In this document: one piece after another, positions 19,122 to 29,293 of the stretch
Layout of the letters: every line of letters starts with the position of its first letter
How positions within the stretch are numbered: the first letter of the stretch is position 1
Source of the DNA: Promethearchaeota archaeon
GTDB lineage: Archaea > Asgardarchaeota > Lokiarchaeia > Sigyniarchaeales > SOKP01
Reading direction: 5' to 3'
Length of the DNA: 61,158 nt
Assembly: GCA_030599585.1 (NCBI GenBank)
Contig: JAUVNS010000021.1
Span: 1-61,158, forward strand
Position numbers and translations under genes: made by a program
Notes under the pieces: model-generated
Told to the model about the DNA's origin: nothing
The model's database searches: none
The model's input: the letters and a program-made list of their open reading frames with translations, nothing else

Positions 19122-20594
19122 TTGACTAAATCGTATAGTGAAATTAATGAAAAAATAAAGAACGGTAGTGTGGTCGTAGTTACGGCCGAAGAAATGGTAA
19201 AGATAGTAGAAGAAAGAGGGGTTAAGGTAGCTGCTGAAGATATTGATGTAGTTACTACAGGGACCTTTGGACCTATGTGTTCCAGCGGTGCATTTTTAAA
19301 CTTCGGGCACTCAGATCCCCCAATTAAATTCGAACATCTATGGTTAAATGATGTTCACGCGTATCACGGAAATGCTGCAGTAGATTGTTATATTGGGTGC
19401 ACTAGAATGGCAGATATCAGATCATTTGAATACGGTGGAGGGCATGTTATAGAAGATCTTGTTTCAGGGAAACCAATTCGATTAAAGGGTAATTCCTATA
19501 CAACAGATTGCTATCCTTTAGCAGAAGTAGACACAACATTTACCATTGACGAGATTAATCAAGCTATCCTGCTAAATCCAAGGAACGCTTATCAACGCTA
19601 TGTGTGTGCAGTCAATAGTTCAGACAAAACGCTATACACTTATATGGGAAAATTATTACCAAAATATGGAAATGCACACTTTGCCGGTGCAGGCTCTTTA
19701 AGTCCTTTGAGCAACGATCCTGACTATGAAACAATAGGGATAGGAACAAGAATTTTCCTTGGAGGAGGAATTGGCTACGTTATAGGAGAAGGCACTCAAC
19801 ATAGTCCAAAAAATAGATTTGGAACTTTGTTTGTTAAAGGAGATTTAAAACAAATGTCATCCGAATATCTAAGGGGAGTGTCTTATGAAAAATATGGAAC
19901 CTCTCTTTTTGTGGGATTAGGAATAGCAATTCCAATATTAAACGAAGGTTTGGCAAAAAAAACTGCGATATCTGATGCTGAACTTCTTACTGATGTCGTT
20001 GACTATGGCGTTCCAAGGCGAGATCGCCCTAAACCAAGGCAAGTAAGTTATGAAGAGATGAAAAGTGGTTACATTGAATTGAATGGTAAAAGTGTGAAAT
20101 GTTCCCCTCTGTCGTCGTTTTATCACGCCAAAAAAATCGCAGAAACCTTAAAGAGTTGGATTAAAGAAGGTAAATTCTTCTTAAATCCCCCTGCAGAGAC
20201 GTTACCTACTGATACTGTATTTAAACCTATGAAAATTACATCCGAATTAAAATTCGTGAAAGACTTGAAAAAAAAGGCAGAAACTTGCTTCGACGACTGT
20301 GACATTAAGTTAGTTGCTGAAAAAATCATTAAAAATAATGTAAATCACATCGTTATTATTGATCGAGACAATGTTCTTAAAGGAATCGTCACGAGTTTTG
20401 ATATCACCAAAGCAATTGCTGAGGATAAGAGAGACCTTAACGAAATCATAACTAAGCGAGTTATCACAACTTCGGACAACGATCCTCTTGGTGTTGCAGC
20501 CAGAAAAATGAAGGCTAATGAAATATCGGCGTTACCTGTGATTAACGAGGAGAAAAAAGTAGTTGGAATTATTACTTCGGAGGAGTTGATGTGA
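19122..20594 (+). CDS. Homocysteine biosynthesis protein (DUF39; L-aspartate semialdehyde sulfurtransferase, MA1821/MJ0100-like) with a CBS pair
   Basis: VVVVTAEEM, DVVTTGTFGPMCSSGAFLNFGHSDPPIK, YGGGHVIEDL, NPRNAYQ, NDPDYETIGIGTRIFLGG, C-terminal CBS domains. Confidence 0.93.
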   Translation: MTKSYSEINEKIKNGSVVVVTAEEMVKIVEERGVKVAAEDIDVVTTGTFGPMCSSGAFLNFGHSDPPIKFEHLWLNDVHAYHGNAAVDCYIGCTRMADIRSFEYGGGHVIEDLVSGKPIRLKGNSYTTDCYPLAEVDTTFTIDEINQAILLNPRNAYQRYVCAVNSSDKTLYTYMGKLLPKYGNAHFAGAGSLSPLSNDPDYETIGIGTRIFLGGGIGYVIGEGTQHSPKNRFGTLFVKGDLKQMSSEYLRGVSYEKYGTSLFVGLGIAIPILNEGLAKKTAISDAELLTDVVDYGVPRRDRPKPRQVSYEEMKSGYIELNGKSVKCSPLSSFYHAKKIAETLKSWIKEGKFFLNPPAETLPTDTVFKPMKITSELKFVKDLKKKAETCFDDCDIKLVAEKIIKNNVNHIVIIDRDNVLKGIVTSFDITKAIAEDKRDLNEIITKRVITTSDNDPLGVAARKMKANEISALPVINEEKKVVGIITSEELM

Positions 20595-20595
20595 A

Positions 20596-20988
20596 ATGAC
20601 TATAATAAATTGTACTTTGCCCTTTGGCATTATTAGAGATATTAATAACTATTCTAAAATTATCAATGAAATTTTAAAATTTGATATTACCTTCAACATC
20701 TTAAAATTTTCAACGGGTTCAAATGGAGTAAACTTATTACTAGATGTTCCGGAGGATAAGATCAGGACGATAACAGAATCGCTAAAAGAAAACAATGTGA
20801 TCGTTAATAAGAAAGGCCGGGTTATAGTATTAGATAACTGTATAGATTGCGGAGCCTGTATCTCGTTATGCCCAACCGAAGCATTATACTTTAACGGTGA
20901 ATATAAGTTAGAGTTCTCCTATGAGAAATGTATTGGATGTTTATTATGTTTAGATTCGTGTCCAAGGTATGCAATCGAAGAAATGTGA
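20596..20988 (+). CDS. NIL-domain ferredoxin, partner of the homocysteine synthase (MA1822-like)
   Basis: N-terminal NIL/ACT-like domain plus CIDCGACISLCP and CIGCLLCLDSCP; abuts the DUF39 gene. Confidence 0.88.
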   Translation: MTIINCTLPFGIIRDINNYSKIINEILKFDITFNILKFSTGSNGVNLLLDVPEDKIRTITESLKENNVIVNKKGRVIVLDNCIDCGACISLCPTEALYFNGEYKLEFSYEKCIGCLLCLDSCPRYAIEEM

Positions 20989-21010
20989 CCAAAATTTTCT
21001 TTTTTTTTTA

Positions 21011-22024
21011 CTACTGCTGAGTAATAATCTCAAAAATTTCCTCAAGGCGAGGTGTTTTTTGAGTCAAAGAAATACAACGTTCTTTTTCGCAACCTCTAAG
21101 AATAGAAATTAGTTCGTTCAAATGAATGGTGGGAATTTCTAACTTTTCACCAAACCATTTTTCGATATTATCTCTATATTCGGGTTTACTTAACGTATAG
21201 AGGCAGGTTGGACAAGGCATTAATAGGAAATCCGCCCCTACATTTTCTGCACTTTTTAACTTGTTATATGTTACTTTAAGAGCTTCCCGAGGATTTATTA
21301 ATAGTTGACTAGCACCCCAGCCACAACAGCTCTCTCTTTCTTGGTAATCAACAGGAACCCCTCCAAAAAGCTCAATAAGCTCCTCAAATTTTGTTTTACT
21401 ACCTAAATAGCTATCTAGCGTTTTTTTGTCTCTCGAAAGATTTAAGTAATGGCAACCGTAGTGAACAGCAACTTTTAGGTCCCTTAAATCGAACTTTAAG
21501 GTGTTAAGAACATCGTTCCGTATAAGATACAAAAAGTCTAAATCGTGGACCAGTTTTAGCCTAGGATTTTCTAAAATATTATACATTCCAGGGTATCTTT
21601 CCCCATTAATGTTTTTCCTAACTGAATTTAAGATATCTTGAGTTTTTACTCTTACTTCAGCGTTTTTTAAAAAATCTCTTCCTCTAAGAAGGGAATTGTA
21701 GCATCCATTACAACTAAAAAAGGCAATTTCTGCCTGTCGATTCATTTCGCTAAGGTTTCTTTCGTTAATTGCAGAAAATTGAGCGCGAGTGATAAGATTT
21801 CTCTGAAAAAAAGTACCGCTACAGCACGATTGATTGAGACACGTACTTGATTCTAACTGAAGTTCATCTAATAGATCTTGAAATCCCCACCGTACTCCTG
21901 GAAAATACTTTTCTAAACATGCATTAAACAAACACAATTTTTTTTCTTTGAAATAATCTAAAGGATTTTCGGGGTAATCCTTTTCAATTTCACATAAGTC
22001 TAACGCTAAGCTACTAAAATTCAT
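21011..22024 (-). CDS. hdrB: Heterodisulfide reductase subunit B-like (two CCG domains)
   Basis: SCCSG..CNGCYNSL; VAVHYGCH..SCCGWG..PCPTC. Confidence 0.85.
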   Translation of the reverse strand: MNFSSLALDLCEIEKDYPENPLDYFKEKKLCLFNACLEKYFPGVRWGFQDLLDELQLESSTCLNQSCCSGTFFQRNLITRAQFSAINERNLSEMNRQAEIAFFSCNGCYNSLLRGRDFLKNAEVRVKTQDILNSVRKNINGERYPGMYNILENPRLKLVHDLDFLYLIRNDVLNTLKFDLRDLKVAVHYGCHYLNLSRDKKTLDSYLGSKTKFEELIELFGGVPVDYQERESCCGWGASQLLINPREALKVTYNKLKSAENVGADFLLMPCPTCLYTLSKPEYRDNIEKWFGEKLEIPTIHLNELISILRGCEKERCISLTQKTPRLEEIFEIITQQ

Positions 22025-22042
22025 TATTTTCTGTGAGAACTT

Positions 22043-22558
22043 TCACTTTTTGATTTTTGATTTTTGCTCTTTACTTGCTTTAAATACGTATTTTATTCGC
22101 GCAAAATTGCATATTGTGTTTAATTCGTCGATTCGTTCTTGTGGTAAATTTTCTCCTAATGGTTCTTCTAATACTGTCCCTTTAGTTAGGAATCTTTCTG
22201 ACATCTCAACGTATTTCCTTAAGTCGTTATAACGTGGCCCATAACCCCTTTTAAAAGACTCGTTCCTAAGATTTATGATAAACAAGGGTATATTGATATT
22301 ATCTTTAGGACATACTCGCTTACATCTTTCGCATAGGTAGCAATGCCAGATATCTGAATCTTTCAAAACGCTCTTATCTCCGCGCAAAACTTTTTGAATT
22401 ATTTTTCTACTGTTGAATGTGGACACTTTAGCTGCCGGACAATCGCCTACGCATTTTCCACAAGAAATACATTGGATTATATTTCTATTTTCATTTACAT
22501 CTTCTACTAATTCCTCATAAAATGCCCAGTTCCATTCCACTTCGGAGTGATCAGCCAT
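22043..22558 (-). CDS. hdrC: Heterodisulfide reductase subunit C-like
   Basis: CISCGKCVGDCP, IWHCYLCERCKRVCP; directly upstream of hdrB. Confidence 0.88.
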   Translation of the reverse strand: MADHSEVEWNWAFYEELVEDVNENRNIIQCISCGKCVGDCPAAKVSTFNSRKIIQKVLRGDKSVLKDSDIWHCYLCERCKRVCPKDNINIPLFIINLRNESFKRGYGPRYNDLRKYVEMSERFLTKGTVLEEPLGENLPQERIDELNTICNFARIKYVFKASKEQKSKIKK

Positions 22559-22852
22559 ATTTTTAGTATGCTTTATTATTATTTGAGTTTTTTCAACTTA
22601 TTTGAGAGATTTAATGATTATAATCATTATTCTTTATAAGATTTAATGATTATAAAAATAAATTTTAAAATCGAAGATTTGTATTTTTGTAAAGGTTTTA
22701 AGCCGCTATTATTGTTGTTGCATGCATTAGGTAGGGACTGTAATAAATATATTTAAGTTTTTTAAATAATATATCAAATACATCACTATTAATTATAAGA
22801 GATTAGAGTTACACAAACTTCATTAACATTTTATTTCTAAGGAGTTTATCGC

Positions 22853-23545
22853 ATGGTTATCTATAAAGACGGGAAAATCTATTTAAAAATAGTTTTTTGG
22901 GGTATGGGCGCTTCTGGAAAAACCACCATTCTTAAAACGCTGTATCGAATAACAAAGGAAAGTAAAAAAGACATTGTCCCAATTGGTGAACTTCAAATTA
23001 TTGAAAAAGCTAGCGGTGCGACCTTGTATTTTGATCGTGGTCTTTTTCAGTCTACAAAACAAAAAGAAGTCTATTATAGAGTCTATACCGTAGCTGGGCA
23101 AAAAGGCTTTACTCCTCTAAGAAAAAAAATATTTGATAAAACTGATGACCAAACAGATGCAGTTATATTTGTTGTGGATTCTCGAACTAAATTTTTAGAG
23201 GATAACCTTGAATCTTTGCTAGAATTAAAGACCATGGCAAACGATAGACTGATAAAAGAAATTCCTATGATTGTAATGCTAAACAAGCAAGACCTTGATG
23301 ATATTATTGATGAAGAGGATTTCAAACTCATATTAAAAGATGAAAAATTATGGTACGAGCCAAAAAATAAATTATATATCTGGAATCCGATAATTTATAC
23401 TTCTTGTGCATTGTATGAGCAGAAAAAAGATGTTTACCGCAGTTTTCACGAAACTGCTCGTAGAGCAGTCCTTTATCATGTTTATGGGGAAGGGAAAGCA
23501 CCAATAGAAATTGATATATCGAAAAATTCCATAAAAGCAATATAA
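22853..23545 (+). CDS. mglA: MglA-like small GTPase
   Basis: KIVFWGMGASGKTT, TLYFD, YTVAGQ (MglA-type G3), FVVDS, LNKQD. Confidence 0.85.
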   Translation: MVIYKDGKIYLKIVFWGMGASGKTTILKTLYRITKESKKDIVPIGELQIIEKASGATLYFDRGLFQSTKQKEVYYRVYTVAGQKGFTPLRKKIFDKTDDQTDAVIFVVDSRTKFLEDNLESLLELKTMANDRLIKEIPMIVMLNKQDLDDIIDEEDFKLILKDEKLWYEPKNKLYIWNPIIYTSCALYEQKKDVYRSFHETARRAVLYHVYGEGKAPIEIDISKNSIKAI

Positions 23546-23617
23546 ACAGGAAATTCTTCTTAAATCATCAACTGCTTTAACAAACATAACTTCAGATTAT
23601 AAAAAAAAAGAAAAAAT

Positions 23618-24373
23618 TCAGTTTTTAGAAAAAATTGCGCTCATCCACTTTGGAAGAGTAAACCCTCCGTAGAATTCAATTGCGCTTATGATTAACAAAA
23701 CTCGAGTTATAACAACCATAATAGCTAATATTGGGTCAGCTGGATCGGCGAATATCATACCAAGTGATGCATCCATTATTGCTGCTATAGTGAAAGTAAT
23801 AAATGCAGCGCGTAATAATTTCCCTTTTAACTTCGCATCTCGATCTTCCGATTTGAGAGAATTTTGAGCAAATTTTAAACCTGTTCCTGCCATTATAAAT
23901 ATCACAAGTAATAGGTATATTGTGATAAATAGACCGAATTCTACTGTAAATGGGCGTAATGGGTTTATTACACCAATTTGATTGATATCCGTAAATAACA
24001 ATATAAAGAATACTGCCTCGAAAAGAATGCTAAGCACGACAGTTAAGATTACAGCAAATTTCTGTTTCGATTTGTTGTTCATATCGGTATACGCAATTAA
24101 CCAAGCGAGTAATGCAAGAGGGATAAAGGCATTCCCTATAATGAAATACCACTCGATCGCTAACGATTCTTGAAAGATTATATTCATTAAGAAACTTATA
24201 GAATCGGGGAACCACGGATTCGCAACGCCTATCCATGAGATGCCAACTAAAATATAAAGTCTTGATTTGTATTTAAAATATTTAAATAATATCGAAAAAC
24301 CAAGATAGAGAGAAATCAAAACAAATATTAAGCTAAAACTTCCTTGTAATAAATCTACTAACTCTAAAGCCAA
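23618..24373 (-). CDS. Stand-alone 7-TM membrane protein
   Basis: Seven hydrophobic segments; helix pattern resembles the N-terminal domain of 2983..4290. Confidence 0.75.
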   Translation of the reverse strand: MALELVDLLQGSFSLIFVLISLYLGFSILFKYFKYKSRLYILVGISWIGVANPWFPDSISFLMNIIFQESLAIEWYFIIGNAFIPLALLAWLIAYTDMNNKSKQKFAVILTVVLSILFEAVFFILLFTDINQIGVINPLRPFTVEFGLFITIYLLLVIFIMAGTGLKFAQNSLKSEDRDAKLKGKLLRAAFITFTIAAIMDASLGMIFADPADPILAIMVVITRVLLIISAIEFYGGFTLPKWMSAIFSKN

Positions 24374-24550
24374 TTATATCTCCTATTATCTTTAAATGAA
24401 AACTCTTGTTGATCATAATAAATTTTTGATGTTTATAAACTATCTTTAAACACAATATGCGACTAGGTTTGTAACAGAAAATCATTAACAATAAATAACT
24501 ACTTAAAGTGTTTTGAATGAGCACAAGTATGAAGCTTAAAACTTAGTAAA

Positions 24551-25633
24551 TTAAATTACAGTATAATTTAAAAATGAAGATTTTTCCTTTAAAGGATTAA
24601 TTAGTAGTTTTAAATGATGTAAGTATTGATCTAATGAGATCTCACCTTTTTTATAGCGCAATGGTAGTATTTTGATCAGGTAAAATGGTGTATATTTAAC
24701 GAACCGGATATCAGTAAAGAGAAAAACAAACCCTTTTGCTTCAAATATGATCTTTGTTTCTAATAATTCTTCAAATAAATCTTCTCGATTGTTTAACAAG
24801 TTAAGGCTGTCATTTACTGTTAACTCGCTTTTTCTTAGAGCTTTAATTAAGTTATACACATCACTATCTACCAATAGACTTACAATTAATTTGCTCTCGA
24901 TTTCTTGGCTACAGTTGTAATTGGTGTAAAATTTTATAATTTCTTTCCTGAATTTCTTCGATATTTTTTCATCTATTTTATCATCGGGAAAATTATAAGA
25001 CGGAATTCTCATATACGATAAATCATTGATTAAAAAATAACACTCCTTAGTTCCGGGGAGAGATTTCTTTAGAATTAAATTTTCTCGAAGAAATGAAATC
25101 AATAGTAAATCGATATTTACTGTAGAAAATCCGTAATCATTTCGGAGAATATTGATTAACTCGTTTTTAGTAATAACCCCATTCCTTAGAATTTGTAGTA
25201 TCGTGAATTTAATTTTTTCTTGGAAAAATGAAATTAGATCCTGTCCTTCTAACTTAGTGTAGTTTTTAATTGTATTGAATGCTTCTGAAACAGCTCTATT
25301 AATTTTATCTGTGCTGGCAAGTTCTAATAAATTCTTTGTTATGATTGGTAAAATATCGGAGGATATTACATCGCTAACCTTTCTCTTAGTCTTAATTATT
25401 AAGACAAGAAAATAAATTTCCCCCTCGAATTCTTGTATAACTGAAATAACACTACGATCTTTTTCTTCTAAAATATAATCTAATTCTATTAAAGTCTTCT
25501 CTTTATTTAACTCGTGTTGTGCCCATATTTTCAGAAAGATATCCTTTGAAGGATAAGCTCCTTCTGGGGGATATTGAATTATAGGTATAGGTCCAGTGCT
25601 TTTGTTCCAATGAATTATTATTAGTCGTTCCAT
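24551..25633 (-). CDS. Longin/uDENN-like (NPR2-like) N-terminal domain protein with winged-helix C-terminal region
   Basis: N-terminus LIIIHWNKSTGPIPIIQYP resembles the uDENN/NPR2 start; later ILQILRNGVITKNELINILR..LLISFLRENLI looks like a wHTH. Confidence 0.6.
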   Translation of the reverse strand: MERLIIIHWNKSTGPIPIIQYPPEGAYPSKDIFLKIWAQHELNKEKTLIELDYILEEKDRSVISVIQEFEGEIYFLVLIIKTKRKVSDVISSDILPIITKNLLELASTDKINRAVSEAFNTIKNYTKLEGQDLISFFQEKIKFTILQILRNGVITKNELINILRNDYGFSTVNIDLLLISFLRENLILKKSLPGTKECYFLINDLSYMRIPSYNFPDDKIDEKISKKFRKEIIKFYTNYNCSQEIESKLIVSLLVDSDVYNLIKALRKSELTVNDSLNLLNNREDLFEELLETKIIFEAKGFVFLFTDIRFVKYTPFYLIKILPLRYKKGEISLDQYLHHLKLLINPLKEKSSFLNYTVI

Positions 25634-25776
25634 TTTTACGAGATATTTATGTAAAGTAAGTTAAAATGTGATTTGTTTTGGAGAATTTGTTTTTAATATA
25701 ATAAAATAAAGAAATTCGGTTATAAATTCTATTGTGAAAATTAGGAGATTAGTGATTTGTGACTTTCATGAGGTGT

Positions 25777-26037
25777 CTATTGAGATGATTTTAGGAGCAT
25801 AGGATAAAGATCCTCAAGAGTTTTTAATGCGTTAAAAAGCATTTTACTCTGTTTCTCATCATTGGTAAAATCAGGACTTTTAGAAAAACATGTGATTATT
25901 TGATTGGCAAGTGTTTTATCATCTTGACAATACTTTTGATTCTTAAACTTAAACAAAAAATCAAATTCCTCTACTAACCAACCCAAATTCTTTATTATGT
26001 TTTCCTTCAATAAATTCTCATAATCAGTGTTGTACAA
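25777..26037 (-). CDS. Hypothetical protein
   Basis: 86-aa ORF, TTG start with GGAGGT upstream. Confidence 0.7.
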   Translation of the reverse strand: MYNTDYENLLKENIIKNLGWLVEEFDFLFKFKNQKYCQDDKTLANQIITCFSKSPDFTNDEKQSKMLFNALKTLEDLYPMLLKSSQ

Positions 26038-26162
26038 ATACAGAATAATTACCTCCTTTATTATTAAGATTAATACAACTTAATCATGATCCTAGTAAAA
26101 TGTGTCCTTAAATAATTAAGTATGAAATTTTTAATATGTTTTTGACAATTTTCTTAGAAATT

Positions 26163-26336
26163 CTAGATTTCGATGTGCTTAAAGTGAACCCTTGTTATGC
26201 TTTTAGAGAGTTCCCATATTGATTGAATATTATTGGAATTAATTGCTTTGCTAAGATCCTTATACATTTTTGACAGGTTAGGGCTTGTGTCAGTTTTGAT
26301 TTCACTATTCTTTAATATTTTTTCATCTTTGTTCAT
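26163..26336 (-). CDS. Small hypothetical protein, 57 aa (below the ORF-track cutoff)
   Basis: MNKDEKILKNSEIKTDTSPNLSKMYKDLSKAINSNNIQSIWELSKSITRVHFKHIEI; fills a gap co-directionally with its neighbours. Confidence 0.5.
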   Translation of the reverse strand: MNKDEKILKNSEIKTDTSPNLSKMYKDLSKAINSNNIQSIWELSKSITRVHFKHIEI

Positions 26337-26430
26337 AGTTTACGAACATATCATATTTGTAAAAAAAATAAATAATATCACAATAACATCATAAAAAGTT
26401 AAACGCCGATTTTAAAAAAAAAAGAGTTAA

Positions 26431-27708
26431 TTAATGTTCGAGGTAAAGAAACCGCTCTAAATAATAGAGCCAAACTTGAGAATAGCTATTTCCTACAATA
26501 AGATCACTAGCATGAGCAGCAAAGGGGAAGGTTAAAAGTATACAATCTACTCCCTCGTTGTTCAATGAACTTTTGATTCTTTCAGCATTATCTAAAGTAA
26601 CTAAATCGTCTCTTAAACCTTGAAAAATTAGAGAGGGGGGGTCGCCTGGGTCTGCTAAATTACTAGGAGTAAATTTTTCGAATGCTAAGGGATTTGACTC
26701 TGAATCACCAGGTAATAAATAAGGAGGGGCAAAATCGGGAGGGTAGATTGGGACAATTCCTTTTATAGTCAGCGCATTACTGAAATTACCTGAGAAATAA
26801 GGATGATTGTACCCTAAACCAATTACGCCGGTTAATTGAGCGCCTGCCGATCCACCCATTATGAATACAGAATTTAAATTAGCCTTGTATGTATCTGCGT
26901 ATGTCGTTTCAAGCAGTTTAGTAAAGTTACCAATTTGATATATCATATCGTGTAACGTAAAATTTCCCTTCACATAATCAGGAGTTGGTATAAACGAAGT
27001 ACTACCGGTATCAAATAACCCATATTGGATGTCAAAAACGACATATCCTTGAGCAGCAAGATATTTATTTAATACGAGAACATTTCCTAGGGATTTATCT
27101 CCAGCTGTCCAGCCTCCACCGTGAATTTTTATGATAACGCTTCCATTTCCAGGTAAGTCCGAATATACACCTTTTGGGTAATATACATCAAAATACAACC
27201 GAATACCATCAGCGTTGTAGTACAGAACATCGGTTTCGACATTACAATCTCTATGAGGAAAACCCAAAAAATAATTATAAAGATTGAATTGCGTTGGTAA
27301 GAAATAATTATCAACATTTTGTGGGATGTCGCCTCTCCAATTTTCACCATACGCTCCGTTAAACTCATTTTCTGCTGTTTGAATTGAAACTGGTACTGCC
27401 ATTAAAGGCATAGCATTTACAAATGTTAGCGTCAAACCAATAACTAATATTGAAATCCTATTCCAATTTTTAAACCGTTTTTTATGGGTCAACTTCAGAA
27501 GAAGTAATGTCGTTGGTAGATACAGAAACATGAGAAATCCTGTGATTTGAGTGACGAAATAGGACATTGCTATGAATATAGCGTTACTTATTGGAAATAG
27601 TAGAACGATCGTAAAAATTATTCCGACTAGAAAAGTAAGATAGCACAATAACCTTAAGAAATGCTTCAAATATTTTACTTTTTTAAGTCTATTCAAAATT
27701 CCACGCAC
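26431..27708 (-). CDS. Membrane-anchored alpha/beta hydrolase (HSL-like esterase)
   Basis: Three N-terminal TMs, IHGGGW, GGSAG nucleophile, QGLRDDLV, AAH. Confidence 0.9.
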   Translation of the reverse strand: MRGILNRLKKVKYLKHFLRLLCYLTFLVGIIFTIVLLFPISNAIFIAMSYFVTQITGFLMFLYLPTTLLLLKLTHKKRFKNWNRISILVIGLTLTFVNAMPLMAVPVSIQTAENEFNGAYGENWRGDIPQNVDNYFLPTQFNLYNYFLGFPHRDCNVETDVLYYNADGIRLYFDVYYPKGVYSDLPGNGSVIIKIHGGGWTAGDKSLGNVLVLNKYLAAQGYVVFDIQYGLFDTGSTSFIPTPDYVKGNFTLHDMIYQIGNFTKLLETTYADTYKANLNSVFIMGGSAGAQLTGVIGLGYNHPYFSGNFSNALTIKGIVPIYPPDFAPPYLLPGDSESNPLAFEKFTPSNLADPGDPPSLIFQGLRDDLVTLDNAERIKSSLNNEGVDCILLTFPFAAHASDLIVGNSYSQVWLYYLERFLYLEH

Positions 27709-28138
27709 CTCTATTGTCTATATTTGTAAAAGTCACGATACAGAAATGAAATCCATATAAATTAGTTATCAAGAAACCAGAAATTATCATTATATTGCCT
27801 AGAACTAAAACTGGACCACTTATTATAAAAGCTGAGAAAATTACCCCAAAAACCATAAGTAGAATGCTAGCAATAAATAATACGAGATAATAATATGATA
27901 ATCTATTTATTCGTTTTCCCATATGAATATTTTTGTTTAAATAAATATCTGTAAAGTAAACAAGTGCCCCGTTTAGAAACCACGAAATAATTAAAGCTAA
28001 ACCGAATAAGTCGTATAAGATGGAATTCGTAGGTATGAAGAAGTAAACAATTCCTAAAGAAAGAGAGAAAGCGCTCAGAAATATCCCTAATTTACTAAGA
28101 TATTTTATTACAATTTTACTCCATTTTTCTTTTTTCAT
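27689..28138 (-). CDS. 4-TM membrane protein
   Basis: Hydrophobic ORF overlapping the hydrolase start. Confidence 0.75.
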   Translation of the reverse strand: MKKEKWSKIVIKYLSKLGIFLSAFSLSLGIVYFFIPTNSILYDLFGLALIISWFLNGALVYFTDIYLNKNIHMGKRINRLSYYYLVLFIASILLMVFGVIFSAFIISGPVLVLGNIMIISGFLITNLYGFHFCIVTFTNIDNRGAWNFE

Positions 28139-28266
28139 ATGTTGTATCAGTTTAAATTTAAATTTATATTAAATCTAATTGCATTCTCAACCAATATAAA
28201 CTTATAGAAGCGAAATTATAACAAAATTTAAAAAAATGTGGATAAAATTGGGTTTAAAACTCGATT

Positions 28267-29076
28267 TCATTGATTTTTTTTCGCGTGACGCTTGCTTATA
28301 ATGTAAAATAATGCAAACATAACAAAAAGAATTGCCAATACTACTAGTAAAATTACATTAAACACACTTGATTGAGCTTTGATTAACTCAACATCCGAAA
28401 TATCAATAGGTGGTGTGAATCCTAGCAACGCACCCCATATGGAGTAAAAAAAGGCTCGGAAAATTGACCCTATTAACGTACCAATTGAATATTTCTTAAC
28501 ATCTATATCGACCAGACCAGATGCGTATGAGATTACATCAAATGATATGAAAGGAATAAATCTGGAAACAATTATTGCTGTAATACCATATTTTTTAATC
28601 AAATTATCTGCCATATCAAGTCCACTTTCTCCTACAAACTTTTTTGCTAAAGGTCTACCTCCCTTCCTACTTATATAGAAACACAATAAACTAGCAGCCA
28701 TTGAACCAATAATCCCCATGATACCGCCAAAGAACCAACCCCAGATCATCCCGGTAGACAATAGAACAACTTCTGACGGGATTGGAACTAATAGCCCTTG
28801 TATCGCCATTATACCAATAAAAAGGAATATCCCCCAAAATTGTAAATCGTAAATAGGATTAACAAACCATACAGCTACAATTGTGTAAACGAAGGTTGTA
28901 TCAATAAAATAATTGTAATATAATAGAACGAGGGAAAACACTATTAATGCGACAAATAAGATAATATACAGTATAGTCTTACCGCTATACTCCGAGAAAT
29001 TAAACAAGTTTTTGATATACTTTTTTAATTTAGAAGAAAATGAATCATTATTCTCATTCTTTTCCATGCTTATCAA
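28267..29076 (-). CDS. VTT-domain (DedA/TVP38/TMEM64) membrane protein
   Basis: PIPSEVV..G, ISRKGGRP, RFIPFISFDVISYASGL. Confidence 0.92.
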   Translation of the reverse strand: MISMEKNENNDSFSSKLKKYIKNLFNFSEYSGKTILYIILFVALIVFSLVLLYYNYFIDTTFVYTIVAVWFVNPIYDLQFWGIFLFIGIMAIQGLLVPIPSEVVLLSTGMIWGWFFGGIMGIIGSMAASLLCFYISRKGGRPLAKKFVGESGLDMADNLIKKYGITAIIVSRFIPFISFDVISYASGLVDIDVKKYSIGTLIGSIFRAFFYSIWGALLGFTPPIDISDVELIKAQSSVFNVILLVVLAILFVMFALFYIISKRHAKKNQ

Positions 29077-29293
29077 TTCATGTTATAACTTTTGAGTAAT
29101 TTACCTAATTTAAATTTCTATACTAATTATTTTTTATCTTTTTCTAAAAATTAATTTCAGTAGGGATAATTCGATTATTTCAACCATTTTATTAGAAAAA
29201 ACAAGATTATATAATAATAAAAAAACAAATTATTTCTAATAAAACAAAACATAATGTTTAATATTAAAAATAAAAATAAACACGGTAAGAAAA

